This document shows positions 58,403-64,000 of a stretch of DNA of 64,000 bases, one piece after another; within the stretch, counting starts at the first letter, position 1, and each line of letters starts with the position of its first letter. A program made the position numbers and the translations under genes. The stretch comes from Candidatus Hydrogenedentota bacterium (lineage in GTDB: Bacteria; Hydrogenedentota; Hydrogenedentia; Hydrogenedentales; SLHB01). The DNA is taken from positions 992,001 to 1,056,000 of the forward strand of contig CAXXTH010000010.1 in the NCBI GenBank assembly GCA_963668025.2, in the 5' to 3' direction. The notes under the pieces are model-generated. The model was not told the DNA's origin and did no database searches. It saw nothing but the letters and a program-made list of their open reading frames with translations.

Positions 58403-58532
58403 TATATCTTTTCAATGACCGGCCTATTCGGCGAAAGGGAAGCTACGACAAAGACGATAAGCTGTGCGATGGCAAGAGAAAAAGCGTGTCCACCTCGCCC
58501 AAAAAAGGTAGAAACTCCAGGCCCCCGACTCC

Positions 58533-60371
58533 GGGCCTGTCGATGTAGTGCGCCGGGGTAGAATTTATATAGACATATAACTCGATTTCTAGTAGAATAG
58601 AATTTATTATTGGTGTCACCAGGGAAACCCACATGAACGCACGAGACATTCTATTCGCCACTCCGAAGGCGCAGCGGCATCAAATGGTGCTGTATCCCCA
58701 GTATCTGGACGAGATGCTCCCGGCGGATGCGCCCATCCGGATATTCGCACGGATTTTGGATGAACTGGATTGGAGCGCTTGGGAGGCTGCCTATGTGGGC
58801 GTTGGCCAGCCGCCGATCCATCCACATTACCTGGCGGGAGCTATCCTGTACGGGCTGATGCACCGCGTGCGTTCGTCGCGCGAGCTGGAAATGGCGGCGT
58901 GCAAGCACCTGGATTTCATATGGTTCCTTGAAGGGTTCACGCCCGATCACTCCACGTTCGCCAAATTCCGGGTGCGCCACGCCAAAGCCATCGACGAGTT
59001 GAAGCGGCAAATCGCCCAGCTCCTGCTAGGTGAGCGCGAGAAGCCGCTATTGGAATTGCTCATCGACGGCACCCGTTTGCGGGCCGACAGCGACCGCCAC
59101 GGGGCGCGCACGGCCGGGACCATCGAGAAGATTATAAGGGAACTGGACCGCCGGATGGAGGAAATGCGGCGCAATGATGCCCAAGCCCTTCCTGAAACCG
59201 AGTTTCTGGCGGGCATGGAGCCGGATGGAGACGTTGCGGAACAGTTGGAAAAGGCCAGCCAGGAAATCGCGCGGCTCGAAACGAAACGCAAACAGCTTCA
59301 AAAAGCCCTCGACGCCGCCCGCAGGCGAGACGCGAAGTCCCAAGAGCACAATGGCAAGAACGCCAAACCCGTCCGAGTGCCCGTGAGCGATCCGGACTCC
59401 CAAATCACCCCCAACAAAGAAGGGGGCTACGCGCCGAATTACACCCCCGTGGCCGCGATTGACGCGCAAACAGGCGCTATCCTCTATGATGATGTGCTGG
59501 CGGGTTCCGACGAGGCCAGCGCCGTTTGCCCGGCGGTGGAGGCCGTTGAAGCCCTTACGGGCGAGAAGCCTTGCGCAATCGCCGCCGACGGCAATTTTGC
59601 CGCGGGCCAAGTGCTCGAAGCCCTTGAGGCCCAAGGGATAGAGGCCTACATGCCCACCCGCTCGGCCTCTGGGGCGGACAATCCGGCTCAACGCCCCGAG
59701 CCCGCGCTTCCCGTGGCCCAAGAAGCGGTGGAACGCCTGCCCAAACAAGGCGGCCAGTTCGCCCGCACCGCATTTGTGTACGACGAACAAGCCGACTCCT
59801 ACCATTGCCCCATGGGCCACGAGATGGCGGCCTCGAAACACGGCACGGACAAAGACGGCGTTTCATACGCCACCTACCAATGCGAAGCCTGCCCCGGCTG
59901 CCCGCTGGCGGGGCAATGCATCAAAGGAAAGGCCACGCACCGGACCATCACCCGCGACGAACACGAACCGCTGCGCGAGGCCGCGGACGAGCGCATGAAG
60001 ACCGAAGAAGGCCGGGCCATCTACAAGAAACGCGCCCCGGGGATCGAAGGATTGTTCGGCGTCATCAAGTCGTGCATGGGCATCCGCCGCTTCGCCCGGC
60101 GCGGCCTGGAGAAAGTCCGGTGCGACTGGTCCTGGATTTGCACCGCGTATACCCTCAAAAAACTTCTGGCCCGCAAGGCAAACATGGCCACCGGCTTCCC
60201 CCAAGGCGGCCATCCTGGCGTAAACACGGTCCTGGCGGGGCTTCATGCCGCAGCTAGAGCCGTAGCCTATGCTTTTTTCCCACGAATAACGTCGAATTGG
60301 CATCCCCGGCGCATTCCTGTCGATGCGGTGGAGATATACCCTATCGAGGCGGCTGCTTAATCGACAGGCCC
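58533..60371 (+). mobile_element. IS1182-family insertion sequence
   Basis: 12-bp perfect TIR GGGCCTGTCGAT / ATCGACAGGCCC; TCC (or CTCC) direct repeat on both sides. Confidence 0.88.
58633..60360 (+). CDS. IS1182-family transposase
   Basis: GQPPIHP..ILYG..SSRELE..PDHSTFAKFR, IDGTRLRAD, SDPDS, ADGNF, YHCPMG..C..CPL..C, YKKRAPGIEGLFG.IK..G.RRF..RGL. Confidence 0.92.
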   Translation: MNARDILFATPKAQRHQMVLYPQYLDEMLPADAPIRIFARILDELDWSAWEAAYVGVGQPPIHPHYLAGAILYGLMHRVRSSRELEMAACKHLDFIWFLEGFTPDHSTFAKFRVRHAKAIDELKRQIAQLLLGEREKPLLELLIDGTRLRADSDRHGARTAGTIEKIIRELDRRMEEMRRNDAQALPETEFLAGMEPDGDVAEQLEKASQEIARLETKRKQLQKALDAARRRDAKSQEHNGKNAKPVRVPVSDPDSQITPNKEGGYAPNYTPVAAIDAQTGAILYDDVLAGSDEASAVCPAVEAVEALTGEKPCAIAADGNFAAGQVLEALEAQGIEAYMPTRSASGADNPAQRPEPALPVAQEAVERLPKQGGQFARTAFVYDEQADSYHCPMGHEMAASKHGTDKDGVSYATYQCEACPGCPLAGQCIKGKATHRTITRDEHEPLREAADERMKTEEGRAIYKKRAPGIEGLFGVIKSCMGIRRFARRGLEKVRCDWSWICTAYTLKKLLARKANMATGFPQGGHPGVNTVLAGLHAAARAVAYAFFPRITSNWHPRRIPVDAVEIYPIEAAA

Positions 60372-60857
60372 TCCACCGGTGCGCTCAGTGTAACCGGCGC
60401 GGAGAACCTAAGAAAGCCTAGTATTCAAGAGGCGCTTAGGCAGTTAAACGCACCGGTAACAGACAAACTGAATACCAACAGAGCGGCACGCGTGAGGTAT
60501 TTGAGCGCTGTAATGCGCGGCGAAGTGGCCGAAGACGACGGCGCTATTCCCTCCGTTGCCGTCCGCGTGAGGGCTTGCGAAATTCTGGCCCGCATCGAGG
60601 GTGACATGGTCACTCGCATCGAGGCGACGGTCCAGCGTGCGCCCGATCCGCAGTTCGACCTATCGAAGCTCACACGCGATCAAGTGGTGCTTGTGGAGTG
60701 CCTGCAAACCCGGGCATTGGTGAATCCTGATGAGCATAGTCGCTATCAGATGACAATGCTACAGGAGGAATTCGACAGATGGCCGGATGAACGGAAGTTG
60801 GCCATTTTTGTGAAGAAACCCGAACCCGCCGAAACCGGCGAAACCCAAGGAGAATGA
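60372..60857 (+). pseudogene. Phage terminase small subunit (TerS), 5'-truncated and IS-interrupted
   Basis: ALSVTGAENLRKPSIQEAL...RVRYLSAVMRGE...RVRACEILARIEG matches the Terminase_2-type pattern. The frame continues in the 12 bp between the two ISs (APDS, 58521-58532); the N-terminal HTH is missing. Confidence 0.72.
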
Positions 60858-60859
60858 AT

Positions 60860-61396
60860 ATGTCATATCTTGAAGATGGAAAACTTGCCGATCTGCCACC
60901 AATCACGATGCCACGTTTCGTGGATGATACCGCTTCACTGGTTGACGCAAAGGCCAAAGAAATGGGCGTGGCGCTTCACCCTATTCAAAAAATGCGCATC
61001 GTTGAAGATGTTCACGCCTATTGCCAGCAGAAAATCGATCATGGGCGCGCGCCTAGCCCGCAAGAATTCCACGACGCCATTCGTCGCGAAATTTGGCAAC
61101 TGACCCCGGTTGGCCGCAACGTGACGGAAGGCATAAAGCAGCGGCAAGCCGCCGCCGCCCAGGTCGCGGCCAAGCAAGCCGCCGATGCCGCCGCGAAGGC
61201 CGCAGCCCGGATTGAAAACGAAAAACAGGCGTTCCTTGCCAGCGCCCGCAAGGCATGGCCCGGCAATCATGCCGATTTTGACAAGCGGGCTGACGCGCTT
61301 TGGGCTGACGAATGCGAGCGCCGGACAATCGAGAAAGTGACCAATACGCAGGCCACCACGGCGCGCGTGGCGGGCGCTTATCGGGGGGCAATCTGA
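60860..61396 (+). CDS. Hypothetical protein with Ala-rich coiled coil
   Basis: SD AAGGAG; abuts the terS stop and overlaps the next start (TGATG). Confidence 0.65.
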   Translation: MSYLEDGKLADLPPITMPRFVDDTASLVDAKAKEMGVALHPIQKMRIVEDVHAYCQQKIDHGRAPSPQEFHDAIRREIWQLTPVGRNVTEGIKQRQAAAAQVAAKQAADAAAKAAARIENEKQAFLASARKAWPGNHADFDKRADALWADECERRTIEKVTNTQATTARVAGAYRGAI

Positions 61397-61773
61397 TGAA
61401 ACCTCTCGATTTCGATGACAAAATGTGGCGCACTCTCGCCGATGGACGGGGTGCGTTACTGGACCAGGACATTGCCGCACTATATGGTGTTTCGGTTCGT
61501 GAAGTCCGCAAGGTTGTGGTGAGACATAAACACCTTTTGGGCGATGACGTGGTTGTCCTAGACGCCACGGAACGCCTCAAATTCGCCAAAGAAGCCGGAT
61601 GTAGGCCCGCAGATATCGAGATAGCGCTTGCGGGCCATTCAGCGCTGCTTCTTGCTCCGTACTTCGATTCAAAAAAAGCGCAGGCGATTCACAAAACGAT
61701 TGTAGATGCGTTTTTCGTGAAAAGCTTTGCCGAATTAACCGCCCGGTTAAGCGCCGCCAAGGAAGGGGTATAG
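61396..61773 (+). CDS. Divergent ORF6N-like small protein
   Basis: GRGALLDQDIAALYGVSVREVRKVVVRH...ALLLAPYFDSKKAQAIHKTIVDAFF. Confidence 0.65.
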   Translation: MKPLDFDDKMWRTLADGRGALLDQDIAALYGVSVREVRKVVVRHKHLLGDDVVVLDATERLKFAKEAGCRPADIEIALAGHSALLLAPYFDSKKAQAIHKTIVDAFFVKSFAELTARLSAAKEGV

Positions 61774-61774
61774 C

Positions 61775-64000
61775 ATGGACCTTGGAACCTTAGCTATCCG
61801 TTTTCAGTCTGACGGCCTAATCCAGCTCAATAACGACATGTCGAATCTCCGCACGCAGGCAAACGCGAACTTCGGAGAGATCACCCGTACCGTGGGCGCA
61901 GGCATGACGACGGCGGGTGCGGCCATCACCGGCGCGCTCGGGCTGTCTGCGAAGGCCGCCAGCGACTTTGGTGCTGGCTTAGCGAATCTTGGTACGCTTG
62001 GAGTAACGAACCTGGATGAAATGGGTGAAGCCGTCCTGGATTACTCGGTCGCTATGGGCCAGGACGCATGCCAAGCAAACGAAAATCTATATCAACTCGT
62101 TTCGCGCGACGTTCCAAAAGACAATTTGACCGATGTTCTGACCGCATCCGCCAAAGGTGCGGCGGTAGGCGTAGGCACCGTGAACGACGCGCTTGTGCTA
62201 GGCACTTCAGTATTAAACAACTACTCCCGGGACATGGTAAAAGGCGCGGATTACACACAGAAATTCGAGCAAGTCATGGGTATAGCGGCGTCCGCGATCC
62301 AGGTGGGCGCTACCACGATGGGGGAATTGGGCACCACGATAGGCCGGGTGGCTCCCATTGCGTCTAAGGCGGGCATCTCCCTGGAAGACCTATTCGCGTC
62401 CGTTGCGACGATTACATCCACTGGCACGCAGACCAGCGAGGCGGTATCCGGGCTGAAAGCGGCGATCTCGAACATCATATCTCCGACAACCGAGGCGTCC
62501 AAGACCGCAGAGGCGCTCGGGCTTCAGTTTGACGCGGCGGCCATAAAGTCTAAGGGATGGTCCGGCTTCCTACAAGAGCTTCACACGAAGGTCAATGAGG
62601 GTGTGCCGAAACTCGGGCAATACAAAGCGCAATTGCAGCAGCAGGCCCAGCAGATGGGGCTTACTGCCGAAAAGACCAAGGAATTGCGCGATAAGTTCAA
62701 GTCGCTTGAAGGCGTGTCGGATGACTCAATCACGGTATATGCCCGGTTATTCGGCAGCGTAGAAGCATTAAATGCCGTCCTGGCGCTCACGTCCGAAAGC
62801 GGGGCCAAGAAGATGGTTGCCGCCCAGAAGGACATGGCGAACGGAATGGAATTACTAAACGACCGCTACGGTGAGTGGGCGAAGAATAATCCCGAGCTTG
62901 CGTTCAAGCAGTTGCAGGCGGCCACAAAGGCGCTGGCGATTTCCGTTGGGCAGCTATTACTCCCAGCGCTCACGAAGATAGTGAATGTCGTTCGGCCAGT
63001 GGTGAATGCGTTCCGCGATATCGTGTCCGCGTCCGGGTGGGTAGGCACGGCGTTTGTGTCTATTATTGGCGGCGCCGGATTGGTAGGCTTGGCCCTTGGC
63101 CCAGTAATCTATTCAGCCACGAATCTCGTTGGCGCTTTCAAGCTCTTAACGGGCGGGCAAATACTCACGTCACTGACGAGCATGGCCACCGGCGTGAAAT
63201 CCATCGGCGTAGCAGCCACGGCGGCGCGTATTCCGATGCTCGCAATGGGCGGCAGCTTGACTGCAACAGCGGCGACCGCAGGCGCGCTTGCAATCGCCAT
63301 AGGGGCGGCTGGAACATTTATCGCTGCCGATATCGTGATGTTCAAGAAGTGGCGCGATGCAGTTGAGCAGCGCAAAGAATCAGAGCAAAAACTTCAGGAC
63401 AAGATCATTGAGCGCGCCAAGCAGCTCGAGGCCCAGGGCGTGTATATCGATTGGGCAGCCATGAAGGAAATGACCGCCGATCAGCAAGTCATGTATATGA
63501 ACGACCAGAAGGCAGCACAAGAAAAGCAACAATTCCAAGACTGGATGACACGCACTAACCAGAAAGCACTCACCGAAGAACAAGACGCCCAGCGCCACAA
63601 CATCCAGCTAAACTGGAACCTAACCAGCGAAGAGGCCTACAACGCCTCACTGTCTGACGCTGACGCCGCCACGAAACTGAAGCTAGTCCAGGCCGATGAA
63701 ACGCACACGCAGCTTATCCTTGAACAACTCGGTATCCGCACAGCCGAAAGCCGCACACAGTTAAGCGAGCAAGCGCAGGCCGCCATTGCGGCTGCCGAAC
63801 AGCAGAAGGCGGCAACTGAGACGGTGCTACAGTCACTTGACAAAAACATAGGCGCGATTACCGAACTCGGAACCGTTGCGAAGTCCACCGGAGACGCCAC
63901 GAAGACCGCCACGGACACCATGAAGGACGGCTTCCAGGAAGCATCCAAAGATGTTCCGAAATACTGCAAGATCATCACGAGCGACAAAGACGGCATCGTG
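61775..64000 (+). CDS. Phage tail tape-measure protein (TP901-type), at least 742 aa, runs off the window end
   Basis: Manual translation: MDLGTLAIRFQSD...AITGALGLSAKAASDF...ENLYQLVS...GATTMGELGTTIGRVAPIASKAGISLEDL...TSEAVSGLKAAISNIISPT.EASKTAEALGLQF...LFGSVEALNAVLAL...VGQLLLPAL, then hydrophobic helices. Absent from the ORF track because it has no stop in the window. Confidence 0.9.
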   Translation, partial: MDLGTLAIRFQSDGLIQLNNDMSNLRTQANANFGEITRTVGAGMTTAGAAITGALGLSAKAASDFGAGLANLGTLGVTNLDEMGEAVLDYSVAMGQDACQANENLYQLVSRDVPKDNLTDVLTASAKGAAVGVGTVNDALVLGTSVLNNYSRDMVKGADYTQKFEQVMGIAASAIQVGATTMGELGTTIGRVAPIASKAGISLEDLFASVATITSTGTQTSEAVSGLKAAISNIISPTTEASKTAEALGLQFDAAAIKSKGWSGFLQELHTKVNEGVPKLGQYKAQLQQQAQQMGLTAEKTKELRDKFKSLEGVSDDSITVYARLFGSVEALNAVLALTSESGAKKMVAAQKDMANGMELLNDRYGEWAKNNPELAFKQLQAATKALAISVGQLLLPALTKIVNVVRPVVNAFRDIVSASGWVGTAFVSIIGGAGLVGLALGPVIYSATNLVGAFKLLTGGQILTSLTSMATGVKSIGVAATAARIPMLAMGGSLTATAATAGALAIAIGAAGTFIAADIVMFKKWRDAVEQRKESEQKLQDKIIERAKQLEAQGVYIDWAAMKEMTADQQVMYMNDQKAAQEKQQFQDWMTRTNQKALTEEQDAQRHNIQLNWNLTSEEAYNASLSDADAATKLKLVQADETHTQLILEQLGIRTAESRTQLSEQAQAAIAAAEQQKAATETVLQSLDKNIGAITELGTVAKSTGDATKTATDTMKDGFQEASKDVPKYCKIITSDKDGIV

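Larger units (their letters stand above)
56617..58520 (-). mobile_element. IS701-like insertion sequence (1904 bp) with an accessory HTH gene; no target duplication
   Basis: 11-bp TIR CTGGAGTTTCT (56617-56627) / AGAAACTCCAG (58510-58520); flanks do not match each other. Confidence 0.8.
53177..64000. mobile_element. tRNA-integrated phage-satellite-like or defective-prophage element; right end lies outside the window
   Basis: att fragment, tyrosine integrase, two ORF6N genes, terS remnant and tape-measure gene. Confidence 0.8.

Noticed and set aside
60297-60857. 186-aa ORF as an intact gene
   Set aside because: Its first ~25 codons come from the IS1182 end; only the remainder is terS.
357-63996. 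Numerous antisense and alternate-frame ORFs in the track (e.g. 1399-2325, 3046-4134, 6189-7133, 59047-59841, 62052-63996)
   Set aside because: They are shadow ORFs of recognised genes in GC-rich DNA and carry no motifs of their own.

Overview
A bacterial chromosomal window of moderately high GC. The C-terminal 'LP + TM helix + basic tail' sorting signals and the gene content suggest a diderm such as Ca. Hydrogenedentes; this taxonomy is inference only. From left to right: (1) the start of a type I restriction-modification operon (hsdM, rhuM); (2) an IS with intact ends and a 9-bp target duplication; (3) the housekeeping block yicC-gmk-rpoZ-coaBC and a 6S RNA; (4) two tandem ~1,200-aa surface proteins with near-identical stalks but C-type lectin inserts of opposite canonical type (EPN vs QPD); (5) an IS1380-like element; (6) a GH36-like enzyme, a BlaI/BlaR1(M56)-type pair whose sensor carries a lectin-like module, and a surface-sorted six-hairpin glycosidase; (7) an aminotransferase; (8) a four-gene envelope operon encoding a mini-Skp-like protein, a TPR/FxLYD lipoprotein and two secretins that lack periplasmic N-domains; (9) a LacI-associated sugar catabolism locus (GH78, UroD/MtaA-like, propeller proteins, split transketolase, 5-ketogluconate reductase-like SDR, DHDPS-family aldolase); (10) an ECF sigma operon and an orphan mtaB; (11) from 53.2 kb to the window end, an element integrated at a tRNA-Val 3' end. 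This element encodes an integrase, two ORF6N proteins, an IS-broken small terminase and, almost directly after it, a tail tape-measure protein, with no large terminase, portal, capsid or tail-tube genes between them. The best candidates for an undescribed system are this TerS + tape-measure satellite-like element, the stand-alone twin minimal-secretin operon, and the EPN/QPD lectin adhesin pair. No CRISPR array, rRNA or complete tRNA was seen. All family calls come from motif recognition by eye, not from database searches.
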